This document shows, in pieces, positions 30,564 through 40,381 of a DNA stretch of 64,000 nucleotides (position 1 is its first letter; every line of letters starts with the position of its first letter). The stretch comes from an uncultured bacterium (GTDB lineage: Bacteria; Auribacterota; Erginobacteria; Erginobacterales; Erginobacteraceae): NCBI GenBank assembly GCA_963822585.1, contig CAWGIE010000019.1, forward strand, positions 64,001-128,000, read 5' to 3'. A model generated the notes under the pieces. The model saw nothing but the letters and a program-made list of their open reading frames with translations. It was not told where the DNA came from and ran no database searches. A program made the translations under genes and the position numbers.

Positions 30564-31724
30564 TCACTCCCCCTGGCCGCTCACCACCCGTTCTTCGAGG
30601 ACAACCTCGATAGTCCCGGCCTCGCCCTTCCTCTCCACTTTCAGGATTATCTTCTCCCCGACACCGGAGAGGAGGATCATCTTCTGGAGACCGTGGGGCG
30701 ACTCGATCGCCCGGCCGTTCAAACTGAGGAGAACGTCTCCTTCCCGGATGCCGGCCCGGGCGGCGGGGCCGTCGGGGACAACGGTGGCGACACGCACACC
30801 CTCCCGTCCGGGGATCGCTTCCGGGGAAAGCCCCAGCCAGCCGTGCCGGCAGGAGGAGCCTTTGTCAAGGCCGGCGGCCACGTCTTTGACCAGGTCGACC
30901 GGGATGGCGAAGCCGATACCCTGCGCCTGGCTGGGCCGCAAGAATGGTCCCGGGGACATTGTCTGCGCACCGGGAAAAGCCCGGTGGAAACGGCGGATAA
31001 AGTCCCAGTCAAATTCGAACTCCCGATAGCCGGAAAAAGTGGCGGCGATGACCCCGATTACTTCCCCCTTGCTGTTGAGAACCGGCCCCCCGCTGTCGCC
31101 CGGGTTAACGGGAGCGGTGATCTGGATCAGTTCCTCGTATGGGCAGATACCCAATCCGGCGCGGCCCAGACCGCTGACAATCCCCCAGGAGGCGCTGGTG
31201 GTAAGCCCGAACGGCTGCCCCAGGGCGATAACCCAGGAACCCGGGTGGATATCCCCGGAACAGCCCAGCGGGAGATACGGCAGACCGCTGCTGTCGATTT
31301 TCAGCAGCGCGAGGCCGAAGACCGGGTCCTGACCGATGACGCGGGCCGTGAAAATCCGGCCGTCCTGAAGGGTGACCGTTATCGTGCGGGCCCGGCCGAT
31401 CACGTTCTCGGCGGTCACGATCTTCCCATCCGGGCTGATGAGAAAACCGGTCCCGCTGCTGCTGCGTTTCTGGCTTCCGAAGTCGCTCTTCAAAAACGAT
31501 TCCATCCAGGCGGGCAGGTGCTCGCCTTCCATTTCATCCCACCAGGAGGGCGAGATGGACTCGGTGGTGACCGAGACCACGGCCGGGGCCGCTTTTTCAA
31601 CGATCGCGACCACTTCTTTCTCCAGCGAGGCCAGCAGCGATCCTTCCTCGGCCACCCCTGGCGACAGGAAAAAGGGGTTCAGCAGTGCAAGAGCCGCCGC
31701 CGTCAACAGTACTTGCTTTTTCAT
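30564..31724 (-). CDS. HtrA/DegP-like protease-fold + PDZ protein lacking catalytic His/Asp
   Basis: PAVV, GTGF, TAENV (expected TNxHV), GLALLKI (expected DLA), NPGDSGGP, GIGFAIP, PDZ. Confidence 0.85.
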   Translation of the reverse strand: MKKQVLLTAAALALLNPFFLSPGVAEEGSLLASLEKEVVAIVEKAAPAVVSVTTESISPSWWDEMEGEHLPAWMESFLKSDFGSQKRSSSGTGFLISPDGKIVTAENVIGRARTITVTLQDGRIFTARVIGQDPVFGLALLKIDSSGLPYLPLGCSGDIHPGSWVIALGQPFGLTTSASWGIVSGLGRAGLGICPYEELIQITAPVNPGDSGGPVLNSKGEVIGVIAATFSGYREFEFDWDFIRRFHRAFPGAQTMSPGPFLRPSQAQGIGFAIPVDLVKDVAAGLDKGSSCRHGWLGLSPEAIPGREGVRVATVVPDGPAARAGIREGDVLLSLNGRAIESPHGLQKMILLSGVGEKIILKVERKGEAGTIEVVLEERVVSGQGE

Positions 31725-31902
31725 TTATTCTCCCTTTTAAATTAGCGGCTTCGCCGCTAATTTAGTAAGTTTTCACTTTCTAACATAGAAAAGATTGATA
31801 ATGGCCCGAAAATTAGTTCGCGTCCAACCGCTCAATTCATAACGGTAAGGCCTTAGCATCATCAAGAAAAAACGAAATATGTTGTTTTAGTTGTTTTTTC
31901 GC

Positions 31903-31956
31903 CTATTTCGGCATTCCGGTAATCGGATGTTTCCGATTACCGGAATGCCGAAATAG
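31903..31956. repeat. 25-bp-arm perfect hairpin after the anti-sigma stop
   Basis: CTATTTCGGCATTCCGGTAATCGGA-tgtt-reverse complement. Confidence 0.85.
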
Positions 31957-31960
31957 TAAT

Positions 31961-32494
31961 TTAAACCTCAAAACGGTTATTTCCGGACAGGGACGTCGCC
32001 GGCAGCATGTAATCGGTGTCCGGCCGACCACGCTGAAGAAGGCCGGAAGGAGACCGGGAAACATAATCAACTGAACGATCTCCTCTCCCGGATACGCCGG
32101 CGGCGGTGGAGAGGACATAATCGGCGGTTCCGGCCGGCCGGAACAGGGGGGCATCGGGTCCCTGGAAGGAAACCCAGAACACGACGGCCGCGGCTGCGGT
32201 TCCCAGGGCGGCGTAATAGAGAGGGTTCAGCCTGATGAACGAACGGGCGCGGGATTTTTTTCCCGGTTCGCGCATTTTTTCCCGCAGGCGGGGCCAGAAT
32301 GAATTCAGATACTCGGGGTCCGGATCGGGAGCAGCGGCCGACGGTAGTAGTATGATGAGTTTTTCCGCCCGGGCGAACGTTGCCCGGCACCGGGAGCACT
32401 CTTTCAGATGAGCGGAATATTTTTCCCTGAGGTCCCCGCCGATCCGACCGCCCAGATAATCCCATACCCGCTTCTCACATTTCTTGCAGATCAT
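31961..32494 (-). CDS. Zinc-binding (ZAS) membrane anti-sigma factor
   Basis: HLKECSRC (HxxxCxxC), single TM, follows the ECF sigma gene. Confidence 0.88.
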   Translation of the reverse strand: MICKKCEKRVWDYLGGRIGGDLREKYSAHLKECSRCRATFARAEKLIILLPSAAAPDPDPEYLNSFWPRLREKMREPGKKSRARSFIRLNPLYYAALGTAAAAVVFWVSFQGPDAPLFRPAGTADYVLSTAAGVSGRGDRSVDYVSRSPSGLLQRGRPDTDYMLPATSLSGNNRFEV

Positions 32495-32594
32495 GATTAC
32501 CCTTAATCTTCCTTTTTAACTTTAGGCACTTTAAACTTTAGAGCACTTTAGGCACTTCAGAACGTTGCCCGAACGAAGTGAGGGCGGCGTTCTG

Positions 32595-33197
32595 TTATTC
32601 TAGCCAGCCGGCCAATTCCTCCTGAAGATGCCGGCGCGCGTAATGCAGCCGTGAACGGACCGTCCCTTCTGAACAGGAAAGAACGCGGGCGATCTCATTA
32701 TGGGGGAGTCCTTCGATATCATGCATAATCACCGCCGTTCTCTGCTTCTCGGGAAGAGTATCGATCGCTCTTCGGATATCCTCCTTCATCTCCCGGATAT
32801 CCGCTTTTTCATCTCCTTTTTCACCGCCCAGCCGGGATGACAGGTAGGGGCTTCCCTCGACATCAAGTATCTGGGGCTTCAGCTCCAGATGAGTGTCTCC
32901 CCGCAGTTTCTTCCGGCGGGTGATAATCGTATTAACGGCGATCCGGTAAAGCCAAGTGTAAAAACTTGACTTGAATCGAAATTTTTTAATATTCCGGAAA
33001 GTCTTTAAAAATATCTCCTGCGCCAGGTCGTCGGCATCATTGTGGTTGCCGACCATGCTGTAGGCCAGGGAATATATCTTGTGCTGATACTTTTGCACCA
33101 GTTTCCCGAAGGCGTCCTGGTCGCCTTTCCGCGCCGCGCGGACCAGGGCGAAATCTTCCTGGCTATCAATCTTCTTTTTAGACTCATCCCTGTCCAT
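32595..33197 (-). CDS. ECF sigma-70 factor (RpoE-like)
   Basis: GDQDAFGKLV, DLAQE, FYTWLYRIAVN, EIA..GTVRSRL. Confidence 0.95.
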   Translation of the reverse strand: MDRDESKKKIDSQEDFALVRAARKGDQDAFGKLVQKYQHKIYSLAYSMVGNHNDADDLAQEIFLKTFRNIKKFRFKSSFYTWLYRIAVNTIITRRKKLRGDTHLELKPQILDVEGSPYLSSRLGGEKGDEKADIREMKEDIRRAIDTLPEKQRTAVIMHDIEGLPHNEIARVLSCSEGTVRSRLHYARRHLQEELAGWLE

Positions 33198-33478
33198 CGC
33201 GTTCAATCTATAAATGCGCTCATTTTTTCGCGCAATTATATGTAACCCTATTTCGCGGGAACAAATTACATATGACGAAGATTATGGGACCGGTAGAGGT
33301 CAAACACCCCACGCCGGCAACTTACTATATGTTGCTATCTTAGAAATCACCCGGGCAATTGTCAATCAGGGATCGGGGGACGGATGACCGAGGAGAAAAA
33401 AGAATCAACGTCCAACGCTCAACGTCGAACATCGAATGATAGTCGGAGGATGCTTTAATAAAAGTCCAGGAAGATGGT

Positions 33479-33718
33479 TTAAGCGCTTGGAGCTCCGAAG
33501 AAGAAGGCGGGGATAATCTCAGCGAAGGACGCGCTCACCGTCAGGGCCATGAAAAAGACGAATATTACCTCGGGATCAGACCGGCACCATCGGACGAGTG
33601 ATACCTGACTGAGCAGAATTCCAAAGATGGATAGGAGCCTGATTCCCGGGATCCAAAATAAAAACCCTCCCAGGACGGTGCCCTGAAGGGTCGCAATAAA
33701 AAAAGATGTTATCCCCAT
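33479..33718 (-). CDS. Short paralogue of the TctA N-terminus (mini-protein or remnant)
   Basis: GTVLGGFLFWIP...FFM...IIPAFFFGAP aligns with GTLLGGFLFVVP...FFM...TIPSMFLGAP of 35030-36418. Confidence 0.65.
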   Translation of the reverse strand: MGITSFFIATLQGTVLGGFLFWIPGIRLLSIFGILLSQVSLVRWCRSDPEVIFVFFMALTVSASFAEIIPAFFFGAPSA

Positions 33719-33726
33719 GGATATAC

Positions 33727-33772
33727 TTCTAAATATGCGGGCCTCGATATATCGAGGCCCGCATATTTAGAA
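33727..33772. repeat. 46-bp perfect palindrome
   Basis: TTCTAAATATGCGGGCCTCGATA|TATCGAGGCCCGCATATTTAGAA, abutting the stop at 33773. Confidence 0.9.
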
Positions 33773-34852
33773 TCACATGTCGCCGGACATACTCTCCTGC
33801 GCTTCGTACTCCAGCTCTTCCCGGGCCAGCGCTTTCTCCATCGCCACCACACCGGCTTTCTTCTTCTGTCCTTTCTCGCCGAAGATCTTGACAATCGAGA
33901 AATAGAAAGCGAGGGGAAGAATCAGGGTATAGAGAAAGTACTGGGGGGTGGAGAGGGTGAACGCCGGGGTGGGCGCGAAACGGTTGAGGTTGAAGAGAAT
34001 GAGGATCGCCGCCGTGTAATCGACGCAGAAGTTGGCGTGAGGGTTGCTGGCCTTGAAGAGGTTGAGGCCGTTGCAGCGGGGCTTGACGAACGGCCAGAGC
34101 AGACTCCCCCCCATGTGCCCGGTCAGATCCTCGGTCAGGTGGACGGAGAAGCCAAGAAAGGCGATCAGTCCGTAGAGCCAGCCGATCTGCCAACCGGCCA
34201 GCAGAGAGGCGATCAGCCAGACCGGGACCGAGAGGAAAAGGCCCAGGACGTAGCTGTGGCTCCAGGTCCGATGCCAGGGGAGGAACTCGATCTCCATCTT
34301 TCCCTCATCATTTTTGAGAAAACCGTACATCGGACCGCTCATGATATCGACCACCGACGGACGGCCGTGGGTGATGTTGAATTCCCCCTTGATCTTGTAG
34401 CGTCCAACCCTTTTTCCGGGGGGCGGTTCCGTCCCCAGGAGCGGGACCTGGGAGGTGGTCACAATCTCGTTGATCACGATCACGACCTCGTTGGTCGCGC
34501 CGTCGAAGTTGACCACATACTGCCGCCAGAGGTCGGCCCCCAGGCGCATCGGGTACATCTGGGCCTTGACCATCCGATTGTTTTCAAAAGCGTCGTCAAG
34601 AGCTTTCCCCAGTCCTTCCGCCATCATCTGGGGATCCGGGTCCATCGGATCGGGATCGATCTCGTACTCCGACTTGGTGAAGAACTGCCCCATCTTGAAG
34701 TCCATCGTGTCGGGCATGATCCCGAAGAGGCCCCCCAGGCAAAGGATGAAGGAGGAGGCGCCGCCGATCCGGTCCGCCCCCGCCATCTTGACGGCGGGGA
34801 GGAAGAAGGAGGCCACCGCGGCGCCGGACATGAAGTGCGTCAGTCCTTTCAT
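33773..34852 (-). CDS. Membrane metal-dependent hydrolase (YdjM/DUF457-like) with large soluble insert
   Basis: MKGLTH, PDTMD, HRTWSHS, HLTED..G..G..LLWP. Confidence 0.82.
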   Translation of the reverse strand: MKGLTHFMSGAAVASFFLPAVKMAGADRIGGASSFILCLGGLFGIMPDTMDFKMGQFFTKSEYEIDPDPMDPDPQMMAEGLGKALDDAFENNRMVKAQMYPMRLGADLWRQYVVNFDGATNEVVIVINEIVTTSQVPLLGTEPPPGKRVGRYKIKGEFNITHGRPSVVDIMSGPMYGFLKNDEGKMEIEFLPWHRTWSHSYVLGLFLSVPVWLIASLLAGWQIGWLYGLIAFLGFSVHLTEDLTGHMGGSLLWPFVKPRCNGLNLFKASNPHANFCVDYTAAILILFNLNRFAPTPAFTLSTPQYFLYTLILPLAFYFSIVKIFGEKGQKKKAGVVAMEKALAREELEYEAQESMSGDM

Positions 34853-34990
34853 TTTATTTTTTCCTCCGGAAAAAATAGTGATTATTTTTCCCTTTCGGGG
34901 AAAATAATTCGATTATAGACATGATCTGTTCGATACTGCTAACCGTAAAGTATTTCCTTTCATCATCATTTTACTTATAGCATATCGCTA

Positions 34991-35034
34991 CTTAAAATCA
35001 CTCCTTCCCCGATCGGGGAAGGAGTGATTTTAAG
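34991..35034. repeat. 44-bp perfect palindrome overlapping the TctA stop
   Basis: CTTAAAATCACTCCTTCCCCGA|TCGGGGAAGGAGTGATTTTAAG. Confidence 0.9.
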
Positions 35035-36418
35035 CAAGACCCAGGAAGCCGGCCAGGGCCGGTCCGTAGCCGGACATGCTGATGCAGATGGGAACAATGA
35101 TCACCGCCATGCAGTTGGAACGGCGGCAGTGAAAAAAGATCGGGATCAGCCCCAGGCAAGTACTGACGCACATGATCCCGATCACCTGGAGCCCGCTGAT
35201 CAGAGTCGCCCCGGTGATCGTCCCTTCCAGCATCGCGGGCATGAAGAAGACCATCACCACCACGATTGCCAGGGACGCGTAGGAGAGTTTCTGGTAGGGG
35301 ACTTTGGCGATCAGCTTGATGATCCACTTCGAGTTGAAGGAGAGGAGAAGGAACGAAATACAGGAAGCCATCACCACCACCCCGAAGATAAAGACATACT
35401 CCTGCATGAGCGTCGGCTTGTAGAACGGACCGAGATTGATCGCCATCCCCCCCCGTTTCAATCCCCCCTTGAGGAAGAAGTACGAAGGGATAAAGAAGAG
35501 GAGGAACTGGCCGGTGTAATAAACCACCTTGGAGACCCCCTGGCTCATCACGAAGATCCGGTCGTCCCGCTGGGCGCAGGCATGGCCCGCGATCAACCCC
35601 CCGATCCCCCCGGTTACCCCGGGCAGGTAGGCGGCCAGAAATCCCCCGATACACCCCGGCATCCATCCCTTCCACATCGTCTTGTAGTCGATATCGATAT
35701 CGTTACCGATGTGCTGGTGGGGGATCTTCTGTTTGGAGAGGATGGCGGAGATCAGGCTGGAGACGGCGAAGAGCCCCACGAAGATCGGGAGCAGCCCCTG
35801 GAAGCCCATCTTGGCCGGGACCATCGTCCGGTTGAAGATGATAAAGCCCATGAAAGCGGAGAGGCCGAAGGTCGCCAACCCCGCGAAGAGGTTTGCCCAG
35901 GCGCCCTTCAGCTTTATCCACCAGGTCTCGCCCTTCCCGGTCCCCTTGGGCCACTCGCTCATCAGCATGTAGATGATGATCAGCCCCAGGATCCAGTGCA
36001 TGTGCGGTGCCAGGATGACGTGAAGCTTGGGGAGCCCGTAGAAGAAAAAGGGGGTGATCAGGGCCAGGAATAAGATCCCCAGCAGCCCCCCGATGCCGGT
36101 CAGCATGGACGCTTCATACCCCTTCCCCTGGAGCATGTACTTGGCTCCCGGGAGAACCACGAAGACGGCCGACTCGTCCGGCGCCCCCAGGAACATCGAG
36201 GGGATGGTATTCATGATCCCGAAGGAGACCACCATCCCCATGAAGAAGGCGAAGAGGGTCAGCGGCGCCTCCGCCGGGAAGAGCCCGTGGTAGTGACCCC
36301 AGAGAGCGATGATCACTCCGGAGAAGTTCAGAAAGTGAATCGAAGGGACGACAAAGAGGAAGCCTCCCAGGAGCGTCCCCGCCAGTCCGTATAATAATAT
36401 TACTATCCAGTGTTCCAT
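35030..36418 (-). CDS. Archaeal-type TctA-family permease (DUF112/COG1784-like)
   Basis: About 12 TMs; IPSMFLGAPDE, VLPG, G.GYEA, GLF, LPGV. Confidence 0.82.
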   Translation of the reverse strand: MEHWIVILLYGLAGTLLGGFLFVVPSIHFLNFSGVIIALWGHYHGLFPAEAPLTLFAFFMGMVVSFGIMNTIPSMFLGAPDESAVFVVLPGAKYMLQGKGYEASMLTGIGGLLGILFLALITPFFFYGLPKLHVILAPHMHWILGLIIIYMLMSEWPKGTGKGETWWIKLKGAWANLFAGLATFGLSAFMGFIIFNRTMVPAKMGFQGLLPIFVGLFAVSSLISAILSKQKIPHQHIGNDIDIDYKTMWKGWMPGCIGGFLAAYLPGVTGGIGGLIAGHACAQRDDRIFVMSQGVSKVVYYTGQFLLFFIPSYFFLKGGLKRGGMAINLGPFYKPTLMQEYVFIFGVVVMASCISFLLLSFNSKWIIKLIAKVPYQKLSYASLAIVVVMVFFMPAMLEGTITGATLISGLQVIGIMCVSTCLGLIPIFFHCRRSNCMAVIIVPICISMSGYGPALAGFLGLA

Positions 36419-36438
36419 GGTCCGGTCCTCTTGTTCGA

Positions 36439-37677
36439 TTACTGTTTCTTTTCCGGTGCGATAATGGTTACGTTCTCGGGGCTGCCCGGGTTCACCTGGA
36501 GGCTGCCCCGGAACTGGGCAACCGTTCCCTTGGCATTAACCTGGGTTCCGGCGATCTTCAGCTTATGGCTGTCGGGGATCTTGTCGAAGACGCTGGAGAA
36601 GATCGGCCCGATCTCGATCTGGCCGCTGCCGTCGGAAATGGTGACGGCGCCCCCGCCCGTCTTGAAGGCTTTGAATTTAACCACCTTCCCCTCAACCTCG
36701 ACCAGTTCGCCGAGGTCGGCCATGGTGAGCTCGCTGATCTTCTTCCGGGAGATGCCCACGGCGACTTTCTCTGCCGGCTTGATATCCTCGACGGACCCGG
36801 GGATAATGGTGTAGCCTTCCATCCCGCTGATGATCACGCCGGTCACCTCGACCCCGTCTCCGGTTTTGAATTCGGGGATCTCCTCCCCCAGGTTTCTCGG
36901 GTCAAGAGAGACGATGACGTCGTTCACTCCGTCGGTAATGGTTGCCTTCCCGAATCGAGGCGGATACTTCACCATCCCGGTGATCGTGGCGGTGCTGTTG
37001 ACATTGGCTTTTTTCAGCTTGGAGATCTCGATCTTCTCGGGAGGATTTGACTCCAGGATCTTCAGCCGGTGAGGCAGGCCCAGATTGAGAGAGGTGCCGT
37101 AGACGGCATCGACCCCGATGGTTCCAACCGTCGAGATTAAATCCCCGACCTTGGGAATATTCCCGAGTTCTTTGAACTTCGGCAGGGCGCTGAAACTCCG
37201 GGCCTGGATCGATCCGCTCTTATCGGCGATAACCAGGGTGATACTGCCCTTGTCCTCATCCAGTCTGCGTCCGATCACCACCCCCTGGATGGTGACCTGG
37301 GCGTTGTTATAGGTCTCCTGGATCTCCCCGATCTGGATCTTGGCCGGCTCCATCTTGGTGGCCGCGAACCACATGATGCCCAACCCCAGAAGCGTCCCCA
37401 CGACCGCGATCCGCTTCCACATGATCAGCGACATCCTCTTTTTCAGCTCGGCGCCGCAGTAGGGGCACTTCTCGTAAGCCCCCACGAACCGGCCGCAGCT
37501 GGGGCAGAGTGTCTCTGAGGGGAATTCCGGGACGCCCTGTTCCTCGGAGATGTCCGCCTGGTCGATCGGCTTCAGCGGCGGCTCCAGTCCCGATTGCGGG
37601 CTGAACGGTTTTTCCCTTTCATAGGCTCCCTCTTCCGACTTCTTCCCCTGTCCCTCCCAAGTTTTTTCTTCCGCCAT
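36439..37677 (-). CDS. Zn-ribbon + TM + three OB-fold nucleic-acid-binding protein
   Basis: CPSCGRFVGAYEKCPYCG; TM; three V.I.G.V...I.D.SG.I...GD.V.V.G units. Confidence 0.8.
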   Translation of the reverse strand: MAEEKTWEGQGKKSEEGAYEREKPFSPQSGLEPPLKPIDQADISEEQGVPEFPSETLCPSCGRFVGAYEKCPYCGAELKKRMSLIMWKRIAVVGTLLGLGIMWFAATKMEPAKIQIGEIQETYNNAQVTIQGVVIGRRLDEDKGSITLVIADKSGSIQARSFSALPKFKELGNIPKVGDLISTVGTIGVDAVYGTSLNLGLPHRLKILESNPPEKIEISKLKKANVNSTATITGMVKYPPRFGKATITDGVNDVIVSLDPRNLGEEIPEFKTGDGVEVTGVIISGMEGYTIIPGSVEDIKPAEKVAVGISRKKISELTMADLGELVEVEGKVVKFKAFKTGGGAVTISDGSGQIEIGPIFSSVFDKIPDSHKLKIAGTQVNAKGTVAQFRGSLQVNPGSPENVTIIAPEKKQ

Positions 37678-37899
37678 GATCGTTCTCCTTTTATAAATTT
37701 GCGCCGGGGGCGCAAATTTATAAGTTAATGATATTCTGCTATGATGAACAGCGATTGATAACGATTATGGGATTAGTTCGAGTCGTCCGGCAGCTATGCC
37801 GTGGTATTACTTTTTCACACCATTAATTCCAGGACAAACAGTAAAGAAGAGAAACCCATTTTACCGCCGGCAACCTACTTTAGCAACGAAATATATATA

Positions 37900-37932
37900 G
37901 TATAAATGAGCGCCTTCGGCGCTCATTTATAC
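37900..37932. repeat. REP-like hairpin TAAAT.GCGCC-loop-GGCGC.ATTTA
   Basis: Relatives at ~5978, ~31738, ~37692, ~39324. Confidence 0.75.
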
Positions 37933-39030
37933 TACGGTCTTCTCGCTCTTCGGGTCGAAGAAGTGCGCCTTTCTCATGTCAAAGGTGAGGTCGACGCTCT
38001 CCCCGACGCGTACGTATTCCCGGATGGCGATCCTGCCCACGAGCCGGCTCTTTCCCGCGCAGAAATACACATACATCTCGGCGCCCAGCGGCTCGACCTC
38101 CTCCACCACCGCGGACAGCCGGTTCTCCGGGCAATCGTCGGGAGCGTCCTTCCGCAGATATAGGTCCTCCGGGCGTATTCCCAGAACGATCTTTTTTCCC
38201 CCGTAGGGGGACAGAGCTTCCCCCTGCTCGGGGACGAGCCGCACCTGGAAATCGCCTTCATCGAAATGGAGGGAGCCACCTTCCTCCCCGATCTTCCCGT
38301 CGATGAAATTCATCGGAGGACTTCCGATGAAACCGGCGACAAAGCGGTCGACCGGGTGGCGATAGAGTTCTATCGGGGGGGCGACCTGATGGATAACGCC
38401 GTCTTTCAGGACCACGATCCGGTCCCCCATCGTCATGGCCTCGGTCTGATCGTGGGTGACGTAGATCATCGTCGCGTCGAGCCGGCGATGAAGTTTGCTT
38501 ATCTCGGCCCTCATCTGAACCCGGAGTTTGGCGTCCAGATTGGAGAGCGGTTCGTCAAAGAGAAAGACATCGGGGTCGCGGACGATGGCGCGGCCGACCG
38601 CCACCCGCTGGCGCTGGCCGCCCGAGAGCTGCTTCGGCTTGCGGTCGAGGAGCAGGGGAATCTCCAGAATCTCGGCCGCCGCCATAACCCGGCGCTGGAT
38701 CTCGGCGGGAGGGGTTTTGCGCAGCTTCAGACCGAAGGCCAGGTTTTCCCGGACGGTCATATGCGGATAGAGGGCGTAATTCTGGAAGACCATGGCGATA
38801 TTCCGGTCCTTGGGGGGCAGGTCGTTCACCAGGCGGTCTCCGATATAGATATCGCCTTCGGTGATGGTCTCCAAGCCGGCGATCATCCGCAGGAAAGTCG
38901 ATTTCCCGCATCCCGACGGCCCGACCAGAATCACGAATTCCCGGTCCTGAACCTCGAGGTTCGCCTGCTGGACGGCGACCACACCGCCCGGATAGACTTT
39001 CTTGACATCGACGACTCGAACCCCGGCCAT
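37927..39030 (-). CDS. Sugar/sn-glycerol-3-phosphate ABC ATP-binding protein (MsmX/UgpC/MalK type)
   Basis: GPSGCGKS, FQNYALYPH, LSGGQRQR, DEPLSNLD, TOBE tail. Confidence 0.95.
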   Translation of the reverse strand: MAGVRVVDVKKVYPGGVVAVQQANLEVQDREFVILVGPSGCGKSTFLRMIAGLETITEGDIYIGDRLVNDLPPKDRNIAMVFQNYALYPHMTVRENLAFGLKLRKTPPAEIQRRVMAAAEILEIPLLLDRKPKQLSGGQRQRVAVGRAIVRDPDVFLFDEPLSNLDAKLRVQMRAEISKLHRRLDATMIYVTHDQTEAMTMGDRIVVLKDGVIHQVAPPIELYRHPVDRFVAGFIGSPPMNFIDGKIGEEGGSLHFDEGDFQVRLVPEQGEALSPYGGKKIVLGIRPEDLYLRKDAPDDCPENRLSAVVEEVEPLGAEMYVYFCAGKSRLVGRIAIREYVRVGESVDLTFDMRKAHFFDPKSEKTVV

Positions 39031-39100
39031 GATATTTCCTTTATTTTAATGAACCAGGGCTGACGCCCTTAGATAGAGCTTACTCGAAAAGCTCGTAAGC

Positions 39101-39256
39101 TCTAAAATTATAATACCTAAATACTAAATCCCAAATAATATCAAATGACCAAAATCATAAATTCGAAACAATTTCCCCAGGCATCGCGATATTTGGATAT
39201 TTGGTCATTTGGATTTTGGATTTATTTAGGATTTCGATATTAGGATTTAGGATTTC
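39101..39256. repeat. Inverted tandem-heptamer cassette
   Basis: CTAAATA/CTAAATC runs versus GATTTAG runs. Confidence 0.8.
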
Positions 39257-39353
39257 TTGCTCGAAGACCTTTTCGAACAGGGCTTATTTAAGCAGAACTT
39301 CTAATGCCAAACCAGTAAAAAACTAAATTAGCGCCGGAGGCGCTAATTTATTA

Positions 39354-40205
39354 TTAAAGATATAACCCGAGCTGCCGGTCCCGGGGCGCGCTCTCCCCGC
39401 CCCTGGACTCGCGGGGTGGTTCATCAGCGACCTCCACCACGTCGCTGATCCGGTCGGGATACGTCAGCCGCACCCGGACCCTTTTTTTCCCCGCTTTCCA
39501 GAGGCATTCCGTCACCACCCGGCAGGCCGCCTCCGGACGGTTACAATCCCGGCTGAGATGGGCCAGAAAGACATCGGTGAGGGAATCGTCGGTCTCCCGG
39601 GCCAGAAGCTCCCCCGCGTCTTCATTGGAGAGATGCCCCTGGCTGCTTTTGATTCTCTGTTTCAGGCTCCAGGGACGATCCCCGTTCATCAACAGGGCCG
39701 GGTCGTGATTCGCTTCCAGGATGACCACCCGGGAACCCCGCAGCCGTTCCCTGACCAGGCGGGTGGGGGTGCCCAGATCGGTAACCACGGTCACCGCGTG
39801 CGGGCCATGCCTGATCACGAAGCCGACCGGGTCCTGCGCGTCATGGAAAACCGAGAAAGGAAGGACGGTCAGGTCGCCGATATCCCAGGATTGACCATTG
39901 GTAAATATCTTCACGGCCGCGGCTTTGACGAGCAGTGAGGCGGCGGCATCCGCCGTGGCCCGGTTCAGATAAACCGGCCGGGCGTATCTACCGGCCAGTA
40001 CCGGCAGTCCCCGGACGTGGTCGGTATGCTCGTGACCGATCAGGATGGCGTCTATCTCTTCCACGGCCAAGCCCAGCTGGGCCAGCCGGCGAATGGTATC
40101 CCGTCCGCTGATTCCGGCATCGATAAGAATTCTGGTGGAGGACGTCGAGATCAGGGAGCAGTTGCCCTGGCTCCCGCTGGCCAGAACGCAAACTTTCAGC
40201 GACAT
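39354..40205 (-). CDS. MBL-fold metallohydrolase (YycJ/WalJ-like)
   Basis: ASGSQGN, HEHTDH, HDA, TDLG, EANHD, GHLSN, HLS. Confidence 0.9.
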   Translation of the reverse strand: MSLKVCVLASGSQGNCSLISTSSTRILIDAGISGRDTIRRLAQLGLAVEEIDAILIGHEHTDHVRGLPVLAGRYARPVYLNRATADAAASLLVKAAAVKIFTNGQSWDIGDLTVLPFSVFHDAQDPVGFVIRHGPHAVTVVTDLGTPTRLVRERLRGSRVVILEANHDPALLMNGDRPWSLKQRIKSSQGHLSNEDAGELLARETDDSLTDVFLAHLSRDCNRPEAACRVVTECLWKAGKKRVRVRLTYPDRISDVVEVADEPPRESRGGESAPRDRQLGLYL

Positions 40206-40277
40206 GGGAGTTCTCCTTTCAATATGGAAATAATAGAATACATCTTCTGGAGAAGCAAGGCAACATGAAGGTCCTCG

Positions 40278-40381
40278 TGGAGTGATGGAATGTTGGAGTG
40301 ATGGAGTATTGGGATGCCGCGAATCGGCGGACGGTTTTCCATCACTCCATTACCCCATTACTCCAGTACTCCATCACTCCA
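40278..40381. repeat. Inverted octamer cassette
   Basis: TGGAGTGA / TTACTCCA arms. Confidence 0.85.
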
